Source: a virus
Length of the DNA stretch: 44,336 nucleotides
Reading direction: 5' to 3' (one strand)
IMG/VR virus record: IMGVR_UViG_3300031578_000104
Coordinates: 1-44,336 of that record
The position numbers were made by a program, and so were the translations under genes. Under the pieces are notes generated by a model. It made no database searches, had not been told where the DNA came from, and saw only the letters and a program-made list of their open reading frames with translations. How positions within the stretch are numbered: position 1 is the stretch's first letter; each line of letters opens with the position of its first letter. This document shows positions 13,573 through 22,700 of this stretch, in pieces.

Positions 13573-15356
13573 CTCCTGTTTCTTACCTCACCGCCCGTTC
13601 TTGCCGGTATTGTTACAGAAAGAACCGTGGCGGTGTCAGTGTCATTGTTTGAAATAATCAACTTGAAATAGTCAATCTTCTTAGCCTTAATCTTGAACTT
13701 AAAGGGCTGCGGGCTGTAGTTGGTTTCAAACGAAAAGGCCGCAAAGTCCATATGTTCAAATGTGCTAAGCGAATACTCCGCTGTATAGGTATCGTTTTCT
13801 CCATTTCTGTCTGTCTGATAGGTTATATCTATATGGGTTTTAATCCTCGGGAGAATAGTCACGAAAATACGCTGGATAAATTTTCTTAGCCATTCCACGC
13901 CGAAGTTAAAGAAGCCCATCTCCCAACTATCGGTTATTGTAGTGCCGTTGTATGTCCTCAAGGTCTCGTCAAACCGCATGATCTGCCCTGCCGTAGTGCC
14001 GAAATACAATTTGTCCTCAACTAGGCAAAAGCATGTCGGGGTGTCTGTCAACTCAAGAATGTGCCAGGTATCCGTTCTGTAATTAAGCACCCATATTGTT
14101 GTACCGACACATATCCAATACTGCCCCTTGTCGCTCCAATCGACGGTCAATGCTGTGGTTAAGTCAACTACGTCCAGATCATTCTGTACCCGCTTGCTTA
14201 TCCATTGGGCATTCTTTTCATTCATGACATAGGTACTTACCCACTCATAAATACCCTTCCAGATTGTAAAGGGATTGTTTCCGATAATCTGCGTCTGCCC
14301 CTTGGCTACGTTTCCAACTTTGGAGTTCATGGGGTATACAGGGAATAAGGCTGTTACCGCCCCGGTCGTAGCATCCCTGTAATCTTCTTCCTCTGAATAC
14401 CAGGCCGAAGCCTCCGAGGAATCGCCGGATGTGAAAATAAGCTGCTTATTATACTGAGTGCAGATGTCGGTTATCTCATATTCCCCAACGTCTGATTCTG
14501 CGAACTTGGGCCAGAACGAAGGGTCACTTGCCCCGGCCATCGTCACGCCTGAAGGGTAACGGGTGGCCTTGTGGTCAGGGTTTCCAAATACCCAGTACCG
14601 GGCGTAATAAACACCGCCATAATAGCGGTTCTTGACGATTGTGTCGCGGTCGCCGGCAATGGTTTTTGTCCAGGTTATGACCACATTGTTTACTCCTGTG
14701 GCCGGAGCCGCGACAAAGGTTACTGTACCATTAGCCAGACTTACGGTGTAGTCGGTTGTGACCGTTTTTAGTACGCCGCCGACATACACCGTATCAACCG
14801 AGCCAATGCCAAGTTCAGCCAGCTGGTAGACAGTGGCTGTGTTGTCACCGCTAAACTTTTGAGTTTTCTTCCCGGTCAGGTAGTTAATTGATTCAAGTAT
14901 TGTCCCGCCACCGGCCGGAGGCGCTGCGGTGTAAACTGTCGGGACATACCCGGCCACACTGGCAATACTGCCGGTTCCAGCCCAACTAAACAGGTCGGTG
15001 CCGTCCATGATGTAAACCGTGTTATTGGACACAAAAAAAGTGGTCGGATTTGCGTCCGTTACCGCTCCCAGGTCTGTATTTGCTCCTGTTGACAGGTTAT
15101 GTTCGTACACATGGCCATTGCAGGCGAATATGAGGTGTGATGTGCCGCTTATGGAGCCATACCACATACCATTAATGTCGTGCGCTCCCAGGGTGGCGAA
15201 AATCTGGACGTAGCCGGGGGTCTTTTGTAGTTTATAATCATCGGTTATAATCCAGTTTGTCATGGTAGAGGCTTCGCCAAGCTGGAGGAGTGTTTCTGTG
15301 GCTGTCTTGTTTACTCCCAAGAATTTGTCTAGAGTGTATGGGGTTAACTGAGCCAT
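13569..15356 (-). CDS. Large tail structural protein (nozzle/tubular-B-like by position)
   Basis: 595-aa beta-rich ORF between a head-tail gene and the fibre gene; function from position only. Confidence 0.5.
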   Translation of the reverse strand: MAQLTPYTLDKFLGVNKTATETLLQLGEASTMTNWIITDDYKLQKTPGYVQIFATLGAHDINGMWYGSISGTSHLIFACNGHVYEHNLSTGANTDLGAVTDANPTTFFVSNNTVYIMDGTDLFSWAGTGSIASVAGYVPTVYTAAPPAGGGTILESINYLTGKKTQKFSGDNTATVYQLAELGIGSVDTVYVGGVLKTVTTDYTVSLANGTVTFVAAPATGVNNVVITWTKTIAGDRDTIVKNRYYGGVYYARYWVFGNPDHKATRYPSGVTMAGASDPSFWPKFAESDVGEYEITDICTQYNKQLIFTSGDSSEASAWYSEEEDYRDATTGAVTALFPVYPMNSKVGNVAKGQTQIIGNNPFTIWKGIYEWVSTYVMNEKNAQWISKRVQNDLDVVDLTTALTVDWSDKGQYWICVGTTIWVLNYRTDTWHILELTDTPTCFCLVEDKLYFGTTAGQIMRFDETLRTYNGTTITDSWEMGFFNFGVEWLRKFIQRIFVTILPRIKTHIDITYQTDRNGENDTYTAEYSLSTFEHMDFAAFSFETNYSPQPFKFKIKAKKIDYFKLIISNNDTDTATVLSVTIPARTGGEVRNRR

Positions 15357-15367
15357 GTATCACCACC

Positions 15368-16315
15368 TCACTTAATTCCAGCAATATCATAAACATCCGC
15401 TATGGACTGAGGGGCCAAAGGCCGCTCTTTCATATCCTCGCTTTTCAGTTCCGCATACTTCTGTCTGCATCTCTGCGCCAACTCGCTGTTCTGGTCGGCC
15501 ATTGCGAAATGTTCAGCTAAATAATAAGCCCCAGAAATTGAGGAGGATTCGTTTATTTCCAAGGTTTGGGTTAACACCGTAATTTTTGTAGGAGTAGGTT
15601 TATAGGTAATCTTTAAGACACCCTCAAACGCATGGTTGATGTAAAGGTCTTTATTGTTTTCCCACCTGTGATACAATCCGCTCTGTGGGTTTTCCTCGGT
15701 AATTTGGGTTATTGAATTGAAATTTGTTGGCATGTCATATTTCACATATTCCCCATACTCCGGCACTCTCGCACAGGTGGGAAAGGCCGCTTTAAACAGT
15801 GCAAAGTTATAGAATTGGTAATAATAAGAACCGGAGAACCTTAACCGGGTCTTACTGCCGGTTGCCGTGATAATTCCCTTTATTCTGGACGGTTCTGTCA
15901 GTGCGGAAATGGTAATCAGGCCGGTAAATGCCGTTTCTGAACCATCATCCTGAATGTACTTACCTGAAACATTCGCCCACGCCCCGCCAACGTATTCCTC
16001 AACATAGACCTCGCCCTCGTTGTCAACTGTGAAATTGAAGGAGTTGGCTACCTCGCTTGTTTCGTAGGTTTTGTCCTCGTCAAAGTGTTCCTCGATGCCG
16101 AATTTTTCACCCAACAGGTTGGTCATAGGTCGCCGATTAATGGGTATGGTGTTGAACAGTGACCCCTTTTTGGCATATTCATGCTGCCACAAGTCCAGCA
16201 GGTACGGGGCACGGTATTTATACTCTTTTATTTGGGAATCAACGATTGTCCCGATGTCCGAGAGTTCGTCTAAGATTGCAATCGCTTGGTTAAATATCTC
16301 TGTGCCGGTATACAT
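15368..16315 (-). CDS. Tail/adaptor structural protein (by position)
   Basis: 315-aa ORF in the head-to-tail block. Confidence 0.45.
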   Translation of the reverse strand: MYTGTEIFNQAIAILDELSDIGTIVDSQIKEYKYRAPYLLDLWQHEYAKKGSLFNTIPINRRPMTNLLGEKFGIEEHFDEDKTYETSEVANSFNFTVDNEGEVYVEEYVGGAWANVSGKYIQDDGSETAFTGLITISALTEPSRIKGIITATGSKTRLRFSGSYYYQFYNFALFKAAFPTCARVPEYGEYVKYDMPTNFNSITQITEENPQSGLYHRWENNKDLYINHAFEGVLKITYKPTPTKITVLTQTLEINESSSISGAYYLAEHFAMADQNSELAQRCRQKYAELKSEDMKERPLAPQSIADVYDIAGIK

Positions 16316-16319
16316 ATCA

Positions 16320-16610
16320 TCACCCCTTGGCGTAATACCCTATCATTTGGCCGCTTGTAAGCGTGATTGAACTCCATTTTCCGTATATGATTGCACCCGC
16401 CGGAATGCTTGTAATGCTCGACAATGTTGCATTAACGGCCCCACTCACATCAGCCTGAGAAGCAACCACTGTTGCGGCCATTGCCTGGAGGGCGAAGAAG
16501 TAATATCCGGCTGCCGGAGTAACCGCGCTGGTCCCGGTTATTGCTTTTGACCCAGTTGCCCCGGCCTTATTTAGTTCAACTTGCGCCGCCATAAGTTCAA
16601 GTTGTGACAT
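16320..16610 (-). CDS. Small Ala/Ser/Thr-rich structural protein
   Basis: 96-aa ORF, tightly spaced in the structural block. Confidence 0.45.
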   Translation of the reverse strand: MSQLELMAAQVELNKAGATGSKAITGTSAVTPAAGYYFFALQAMAATVVASQADVSGAVNATLSSITSIPAGAIIYGKWSSITLTSGQMIGYYAKG

Positions 16611-16613
16611 TGA

Positions 16614-16934
16614 TTATCCCTCCTTGTGCTTGGCCCGAATATGGTTAGCCAATCCTGACGGGCTGGCCGCTTTGAAGCCGCAGACAGAACAAGTAAGACC
16701 ATCATCTGTACTGCCAGCCTGCTCTTCCTCTGCTTCCTCGGCCTGTACTTGGGCCTGCTCCTTAACCTCAATCAACTCTATTTCTTCGTGCTGGAAATGC
16801 GGCCCCATCCTTTTGGCAAGTGCCTTGTCCAGAGTTACATACTCGCCGTTCTCGTCGAATTTAAACATGGTCAGGCCGGTATTACCGTCGCTGACGGGGT
16901 GGCCCGGATTGGAAAAGAATCTATATGCTTTCAT
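16614..16934 (-). CDS. Small protein with a C-terminal C2H2-type zinc finger
   Basis: 106 aa. CSVCGFKAASPSGLANHIRAKH fits C-x2-C-x12-H-x4-H. An acidic linker precedes it. Confidence 0.6.
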   Translation of the reverse strand: MKAYRFFSNPGHPVSDGNTGLTMFKFDENGEYVTLDKALAKRMGPHFQHEEIELIEVKEQAQVQAEEAEEEQAGSTDDGLTCSVCGFKAASPSGLANHIRAKHKEG

Positions 16935-16987
16935 GTTTACCTCCTTGTAGATAGAGAGGGCGGTTTCCCGCCCCCCCCCAGTTTGGT

Positions 16988-17356
16988 CTAAGGCAGTTTA
17001 ATCACACCAAGCGAGACATCGGACACGGTACCACTCTGAGTCACGGAGCATCCAATCGTCAACTTGGAACCGGTACTTTTGAAACGACTACCTTCCAGCG
17101 GACCGATCACCTTCACCGCCCCGCCGTCCGCCACATCGACAGACAGAGTACCCAGCACACTTGCCAGGAACCCGCCCGGTGCAATGGTAATGGTCGCAGT
17201 ATTTACCGCCGCAGAATCGTTGTTGTTCTGCACGACGAGCAGCATCCTTTCGTCTGCCACATCGCTAACATCAACGGTCTGTGTGCTACCCATCGCCGTA
17301 AGAGTCAAGTCCACATCGTCATTAAAAGCCGCCACAGATGCAGTATAATCGCTCAT
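16988..17356 (-). CDS. Capsid-associated (decoration-like) protein by position
   Basis: 122-aa beta-rich ORF immediately downstream of the major capsid gene. Confidence 0.4.
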   Translation of the reverse strand: MSDYTASVAAFNDDVDLTLTAMGSTQTVDVSDVADERMLLVVQNNNDSAAVNTATITIAPGGFLASVLGTLSVDVADGGAVKVIGPLEGSRFKSTGSKLTIGCSVTQSGTVSDVSLGVIKLP

Positions 17357-17371
17357 TTATTACACCCCTCC

Positions 17372-18205
17372 TTATATAGTGCTCTCAGCCGCAGGAGTCA
17401 GTGTCAGCCTGACAAGCTCCTTGGGCCGGACTACTTTGCCACCCCACACCTGGAGAGACTTGACAGCATCGCCAAACCTCTTTTGGGGCCGGTAGGCTTC
17501 GGTTTCAGTCAACTGTGCCGCGAATGATACAGCCGCCTTGGTACGGGCAAGGCACTCGTAGGCAGAACCATTCACGACAATGTTATTGGACTCGTATACG
17601 TCGAATCCAAGCAGGTTGCCGAGGTAGCCGGTTTCAATGCGGCTGTCGTTTTTGGTTCCCCTGATGATCTTCGCCAGAATTATCTTGGTTGCGATTGCCG
17701 GCGACACCTCAAGGTATTTGGTGGTGCCCTCGGGCACGTTCACGGTCTTGAAATACTCCGCTGCCTCGGCAATGGCACTGAAGATGTTTGCAGTGGTCAA
17801 TGCGGCCTGGGCTATGGTTTTGCCGGCATCGGTGTACTTTCCGAATATAAAGGTATCCAAGTCGCCGGCCATGGTAATGCCCATCTGCCGCTTTTGCTCC
17901 TCCCAGAAGCCTTTACGGGTCTGTGCGGCGTCCAGGTCGTCAAAGCCGATGTGTGCATACTTGGCCTGGTCGATTACCAGATACTGGGCCGCCGAGGTTC
18001 CGAGGTCGGGGTCGGCAATGTCGGTGTTACGGGTGTAAGTCTTTGACACAACCGGGCCAACGGTCAGAATTTTCACCTGATCGCCCTGCTGCTTGATTTC
18101 ACCCTCATAATCAGTGTTGCAGTGCTTAACGCCTATGAGCACCTTGTCGCGCTCTTTCAGCACGTCCTCTGCCCATAGCATCGGGATGAAGTTTTTTGCG
18201 CCCAC
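17372..18205 (-). CDS. Major capsid protein (P22-coat-like family)
   Basis: 277 aa. The N-terminal NFIPMLWAEDVL...YEGEIKQQGDQVKI resembles the P22 coat family N-terminus. Follows the scaffold gene. Confidence 0.75.
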   Translation of the reverse strand: MGAKNFIPMLWAEDVLKERDKVLIGVKHCNTDYEGEIKQQGDQVKILTVGPVVSKTYTRNTDIADPDLGTSAAQYLVIDQAKYAHIGFDDLDAAQTRKGFWEEQKRQMGITMAGDLDTFIFGKYTDAGKTIAQAALTTANIFSAIAEAAEYFKTVNVPEGTTKYLEVSPAIATKIILAKIIRGTKNDSRIETGYLGNLLGFDVYESNNIVVNGSAYECLARTKAAVSFAAQLTETEAYRPQKRFGDAVKSLQVWGGKVVRPKELVRLTLTPAAESTI

Positions 18206-18241
18206 TTATGGTCACGCTCCTTTCAAAATAAAAGCGCCGGG

Positions 18242-19108
18242 TTATTTCCAGCGCTTTTCTGACTCTTTAACTGCCTCGTAATTGGACCTGATTTCCTCAC
18301 GGCTCATTGCCGTGACCTGATCCCGGGTGAAGAATGTTCCTGACTTGCCCTGGCCCTTGGCGCTGCCTGTTGAGCTGTCGGCGTTGGCATGGTTGGCATC
18401 GTTAGCCTGTGTCTGTGCCCTGCGCTGTTTGTCGTTGTACCGGGTCAGCGCATCGGCCAGTCTACGCCCTTCCCTGCCACCGGATTTAAGCCACTTTTCG
18501 GCCTCGGCGAATACTTCCCTGGGGATGGCTTTCCATTTTTCTTCCGTGTTGTAATCCGGGAACTCTGTCGTGAATTCGTCATACATGGAATTGCGCCTGT
18601 CGATGAAGTCTTTTTCCCCTTGGGTCTTGCGGTCGGATTCTTCACGGGCTTTCCTCTCGGCCATGGTTTCCTCACGGAAGCGTTTGCTTTCGAGCAGTTC
18701 ATTTAAAAGTTCATCCGGCACATTGGCATATTGTGACCGTATTTTATTCTCAAGTTCCTGCTCTTGCAGGGCTTGCTTGTACTCGGCCTCCGTGGTAATC
18801 GGCTTGCCTTTCCACTCATAACTCTGCTCGGCAATCCATGAATCACGGGCTTGTTGAGCCGCTTCCTGTCTGGCCCTCTCGATACCCTTGTCGTAGTTCA
18901 TGCCCTTTTGGATGTGCTGAACCGCTTCCTCATAAGGTAATTCAAATTCTTGGTGGTTGTACTTTACCTTGATTTTTTGCGGTTCCGGTGTTTGCTCGAC
19001 CTGCTGAGTGGTGTTCTCTTGGGTCGTTTCCTGTGTAGTTTCATTGGTTACTTCTTGGGTTTGCTCCTGACTTACTTCACTCTGGTTGGTGAATTCGTCC
19101 ATTAACAA
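18242..19108 (-). CDS. Scaffolding protein
   Basis: 288 aa, highly charged and Glu/Gln/Lys-rich helical sequence directly upstream of the capsid gene. Confidence 0.7.
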   Translation of the reverse strand: MLMDEFTNQSEVSQEQTQEVTNETTQETTQENTTQQVEQTPEPQKIKVKYNHQEFELPYEEAVQHIQKGMNYDKGIERARQEAAQQARDSWIAEQSYEWKGKPITTEAEYKQALQEQELENKIRSQYANVPDELLNELLESKRFREETMAERKAREESDRKTQGEKDFIDRRNSMYDEFTTEFPDYNTEEKWKAIPREVFAEAEKWLKSGGREGRRLADALTRYNDKQRRAQTQANDANHANADSSTGSAKGQGKSGTFFTRDQVTAMSREEIRSNYEAVKESEKRWK

Positions 19109-19168
19109 TCATCCTTTCGGCTATGGTAGGCCGTTTATTTACCCAGTTTAAAGCCTTGTGGCAGGGCA

Positions 19169-19192
19169 TCAAAAAAGCACTCCTAAGAGTGC
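19169..19192 (-). terminator. Strong rho-independent terminator closing the glycosylation island
   Basis: The - strand reads gcactc-ttag-gagtgc followed by ttttttg, 14 nt after the stop of 19206-19952. Confidence 0.75.
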
Positions 19193-19205
19193 AGGGAAAG
19201 GTATT

Positions 19206-19952
19206 TTATTTTGGAAAAGCGGCCTCATACCCGCCCTTTGCCATGTATTTGTCGTATAGATCCGGCCTATAGATATGAAATGACGGATAATGGGTATCAA
19301 TCCATATTTTGTAGCCAGCACATGCCGCCCGGACACAGAAGAACCTGTCCTCCCCATCAAAGCCAAGGTTGTAAATATCGTCATAACATACGCCGCGCTC
19401 AAACACGCTCCTGTGCAGGAGGATACAAGCCCCGGTCTGTCCTACCTCGTAGGTTCCCGGCCTCAGCCATTGGGCTACATGGTCGTAGTCAACACCAGAA
19501 TAGCTGTCGAACATCCAGCAGTTGGGCAGTGGCTGGCCTTTTTTGTCCCAGCGCGTCCAAAATATCTCAGCAACAATGTCCTTCTTGGTTTCCAGGAGTT
19601 GCACCAGCGTTTTAGGGTGTAACATGAGGTCTGTATCAACAAAGAAAATGTAGTCATACCCGTTTTCAAGGGCGAATTTGGCGATCCCGTTTTTCATCTT
19701 GATAATGTTTGCAACCAGCTTTGAAGTCCATAAATGCCGGTTCTCGTCGCTCTTGTATTCGTCGTCTGTCTTGTACTCAGCAAAAAAACATATCTCCGGG
19801 TGCGCCTTAATCAGCGGTATCAACTCTGGGGAGTTGTGCAAAATAAAAAGCCTGTCGCATTGACAAGGCTTTTCGAGGTTTTGCAGTGATTTAAGGTATT
19901 CCCGGAATATCTCCGGGTTTTGCCGAGCGGGGGCTGCAATTAGGATTTTCAT
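19206..19952 (-). CDS. Glycosyltransferase (GT-A fold, DxD = VDTD)
   Basis: 248 aa. MKILIAAPAR..., YDYIFFVDTDLMLHP, GEDRFFCVRA motifs typical of GT-A enzymes. Confidence 0.7.
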   Translation of the reverse strand: MKILIAAPARQNPEIFREYLKSLQNLEKPCQCDRLFILHNSPELIPLIKAHPEICFFAEYKTDDEYKSDENRHLWTSKLVANIIKMKNGIAKFALENGYDYIFFVDTDLMLHPKTLVQLLETKKDIVAEIFWTRWDKKGQPLPNCWMFDSYSGVDYDHVAQWLRPGTYEVGQTGACILLHRSVFERGVCYDDIYNLGFDGEDRFFCVRAACAGYKIWIDTHYPSFHIYRPDLYDKYMAKGGYEAAFPK

Positions 19953-19961
19953 TGTTCCTCC

Positions 19962-20204
19962 TTAAATCCATTCCACTATTTGGAGATAAATCGCAACCAG
20001 ACTTGCTATGAGAATACAAGAAAAAACCACCATAAATATCCAAGGGCCTATATTCTCTTTGAAGTGGCGGTATTTCTCATACTTCCGATCAAGATTAAAC
20101 TCCAATCCTTTAATCTTGTCCCCTATGTAAAGCACTGAAAATGTGAGTCCGACGATTCCTGCAAGTCCACTCATTAAAATTAAAAATGCCCATATGTATT
20201 TCAT
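19962..20204 (-). CDS. Two-TM small membrane protein (paralog of 4083-4325)
   Basis: Second ATG (20204) has proper SD spacing (AGGAGG, 8 nt). The 80-aa product aligns ungapped with the 4083-4325 product (42/80 identical by my count). Confidence 0.8.
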   Translation of the reverse strand: MKYIWAFLILMSGLAGIVGLTFSVLYIGDKIKGLEFNLDRKYEKYRHFKENIGPWIFMVVFSCILIASLVAIYLQIVEWI

Positions 20205-20206
20205 GC

Positions 20207-20800
20207 TCATATCCTCCTAAAAACTGCATGGTAACAGTACAGTCCGCAGTTATCCTCCCGTATAGCGTCCTGTGGCGGGTCTTTTTGGTACTCGGCATAC
20301 TTGAACCCTTCCGCAATTTCAAACAGCTCTGCGGGCCTCCTGATACACGAATAGCGGCCATCCATTGTTAGGTCCAGGGTCAACACAAGCCTGCCCCCAG
20401 GCTTCAGCACCCGGTAAAACTCCTGCAACACCCTCTTAGCTGTGTCATAAGGCAGATGTTCCAACACGCTTATGCAGTAGATTGTATCTACATCAGCATT
20501 GCACAGCGGTATATTGTCAATGCTGGCCACGATGTGAAGTATGTTCCGGTGCGCCTTGCTGTTTAGCAGATCAGGGTTGATGTCTATACTGAACACCTTG
20601 CAGCCATTCTCAGCCAGCTCATATTGAAAGGGGTAATTCGGGCCGCTGCCAGCATCGAGTACGGTTTCGCCCGGCTTAATCAGTTGTTTGGCCCATATAT
20701 ATTCATACAGGCGGCTCCACCATACTTCAGGTATAGTAAAGTCGTATACTTTATTGCATTTCTCGTCCCCGGTGGTGAAATAGGCGTTATCCAAGGTCAA
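20207..20800 (-). CDS. Class I SAM-dependent methyltransferase
   Basis: 197 aa. Motif I VLDAGSGPN and post-I/III motifs (LKPGGRLVLT). Confidence 0.8.
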   Translation of the reverse strand: MTLDNAYFTTGDEKCNKVYDFTIPEVWWSRLYEYIWAKQLIKPGETVLDAGSGPNYPFQYELAENGCKVFSIDINPDLLNSKAHRNILHIVASIDNIPLCNADVDTIYCISVLEHLPYDTAKRVLQEFYRVLKPGGRLVLTLDLTMDGRYSCIRRPAELFEIAEGFKYAEYQKDPPQDAIREDNCGLYCYHAVFRRI

Positions 20801-20806
20801 TCCTCC

Positions 20807-21436
20807 TTATTTCTGAACCCACATATAATAATCGTCCCATCCCTTTAATAAAGTCTGTTCCTCAATCTCGCACTTAGCAAAGGAACTGCCCAGCTCCTGC
20901 GCCTGTTCCTTCGTGAAGCACATACAAGTATTGTAATTGATGTAGTCCGGTTTGTTTTCCAGCTTCGGCAGATGTATACACGCCCACCCGCCGGGTTTCA
21001 GTGCCTTTTTAATCTTCCGGATTGTTTTTATCTGCTCGTCATATGTATTATGCTGGACCACCTGGAAGCAGATAGCCAAGTCGCAGTAGTTTTCCTTGTC
21101 AAATTCGCTTGCCAGTATAAGGCTGACATTGACCAGGCTGTACTCGCTGGCCTTGGCGTTGGCCGCATCTAAGACAATGGGCGAAATATCAACTCCGGTA
21201 TACTGCTTGCATTCCTTTGACAAGACCCTACCTATCCTCAGATTGCCGCAACCCCAGTCAACGATTATGTCTATCGGTTTTTGGGACCTCTTTCTAAATC
21301 CCTCCATCACCTGACGCGCGTTAAACTCGCCGCATCGGTTGTAATCTTCCTCCGGCATGGGTGGAAAGAACCGATCATTACCCATATTCCCGGTTATGTT
21401 GGCGTATGGGTTCACGGTCACGCTTACTTCATACAT
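20807..21436 (-). CDS. Class I SAM-dependent methyltransferase
   Basis: ATG 21436 with an AGGAGG SD, 8-nt overlap with the upstream gene. Motifs IVDWGCGNLRIG and LKPGGWACIH. Confidence 0.8.
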   Translation of the reverse strand: MYEVSVTVNPYANITGNMGNDRFFPPMPEEDYNRCGEFNARQVMEGFRKRSQKPIDIIVDWGCGNLRIGRVLSKECKQYTGVDISPIVLDAANAKASEYSLVNVSLILASEFDKENYCDLAICFQVVQHNTYDEQIKTIRKIKKALKPGGWACIHLPKLENKPDYINYNTCMCFTKEQAQELGSSFAKCEIEEQTLLKGWDDYYMWVQK

Positions 21437-22115
21437 CAGCAAACCTCCTGAGAATCGGGGTAGGGTCAAGAATGCTTTGATACTGCCCCATACACCCGCT
21501 TTTCCCTTCGGGGTCGGCCTCCATATAGCGCCCATACTTCTCCTGCCTATCTTCCGGCCGAGCCCAGCCCCAGTGCTGTATTCTAACCGGGCAAGTGGCT
21601 ATTCTTACCCCGGCATTCATCGGGAACCTGCCGCAATGAAGGGGAGTTTCCTTCCAGAAGCAATCAATATCCTCATATTTCACACAGAAGGGCCACACGC
21701 CATTGTGGGCCTGCCAGTAGTGATCATCACGGTAATGCGTCTCTGACCACATGTCAAATAGGGTGAATGCAAGGCTGTTACACTTGGCCGCCTCTGCTTG
21801 CTGTATGTAGTCCCGTATTAGGTCCAGCCGGTCAAAGGTTTCGTCGGCATCGAGGCAGAGGATCCAGTCTCCGAATTTTGCCTCATGTGTCGCCAATTCC
21901 CAAAGGAATTTTCTTTGTCTCAACTCATCTGTTCCCCAGTATGAGCGGTCAGAGTAAAAGACGTCAGCACCATAGGCCTTGCATATCTCCGGGGTATCAT
22001 CGGTTGAGCAGTCATCCAGGACTACGATCTTGTCACAGACTGACCGCATCTGCTCAAGGACTTTTTCAAGGTAGCGGCCTGACTCATTTCTGACCAGCAT
22101 CGCGCCAATTAACAT
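21429..22115 (-). CDS. Family-2 glycosyltransferase
   Basis: 228 aa. LVRNESGRYLEKVL..., VVLDDCSTDDT, ILCLDADE (DxD). Confidence 0.8.
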   Translation of the reverse strand: MLIGAMLVRNESGRYLEKVLEQMRSVCDKIVVLDDCSTDDTPEICKAYGADVFYSDRSYWGTDELRQRKFLWELATHEAKFGDWILCLDADETFDRLDLIRDYIQQAEAAKCNSLAFTLFDMWSETHYRDDHYWQAHNGVWPFCVKYEDIDCFWKETPLHCGRFPMNAGVRIATCPVRIQHWGWARPEDRQEKYGRYMEADPEGKSGCMGQYQSILDPTPILRRFADV

Positions 22116-22692
22116 AATGCGCCTCCCCTATCGTCTCGACGTTGCAATGGCCACACACAAGCGTAGTATCGCAGAATATCCTAAATCCTGCCCCCCGGGC
22201 CCGAACACAAAAAGATAGGTCTTCGCCCAGTATCTTGTGCGGGAAGAACCACGGCTGCGGTACGGTCTCGAACACTTTACGCTTAATCAGTGTACATGCC
22301 ATGCCCACGCCCTCAATCTCGGTCAAGCCCTTTGGGTAGTCAAGGTAAAATTTGGCGTCCTGTTCGTTGCACTCCTTGAATATGCAGGGCTCATACCCCG
22401 GGGTACGCCGAAAGGCCAAAGCGGAAACTATATCCTTGTCGGCCTCGATTAACTTCGTGAGCAAGTCCACCGGGACCACCATATCCGAATCAACGAATAA
22501 CAGGGCATCGTATTCCCCCTGCAAGAATGCCTTGACCGCTTCTTCCCGGGCCGTATAGACAAGGCTTAACCCGATGGGCAGCATATCAACGCTGACGCCC
22601 TTGTTACGTGCATGGCAAGCCATAGGGATAAGAGAATAAGCTGCCTGTGGTGCGACATAGCCGGTGTAGGGGATACAGATTAAGGCTTTCAT
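22084..22692 (-). CDS. Glycosyltransferase (GT-A-like, DSD motif)
   Basis: 202 aa. ALLFVDSDMVVP and GEDLSFCVRAR motifs; overlaps the next GT by 32 nt. Confidence 0.65.
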   Translation of the reverse strand: MKALICIPYTGYVAPQAAYSLIPMACHARNKGVSVDMLPIGLSLVYTAREEAVKAFLQGEYDALLFVDSDMVVPVDLLTKLIEADKDIVSALAFRRTPGYEPCIFKECNEQDAKFYLDYPKGLTEIEGVGMACTLIKRKVFETVPQPWFFPHKILGEDLSFCVRARGAGFRIFCDTTLVCGHCNVETIGEAHYVNWRDAGQK

Positions 22693-22700
22693 GTGGCCTC

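Noticed and set aside
19169-19402. 77-aa - strand ORF overlapping the glycosyltransferase 3' end
   Set aside because: It is out of frame with a gene that has clear GT motifs, and it runs through the terminator hairpin. It has no SD.
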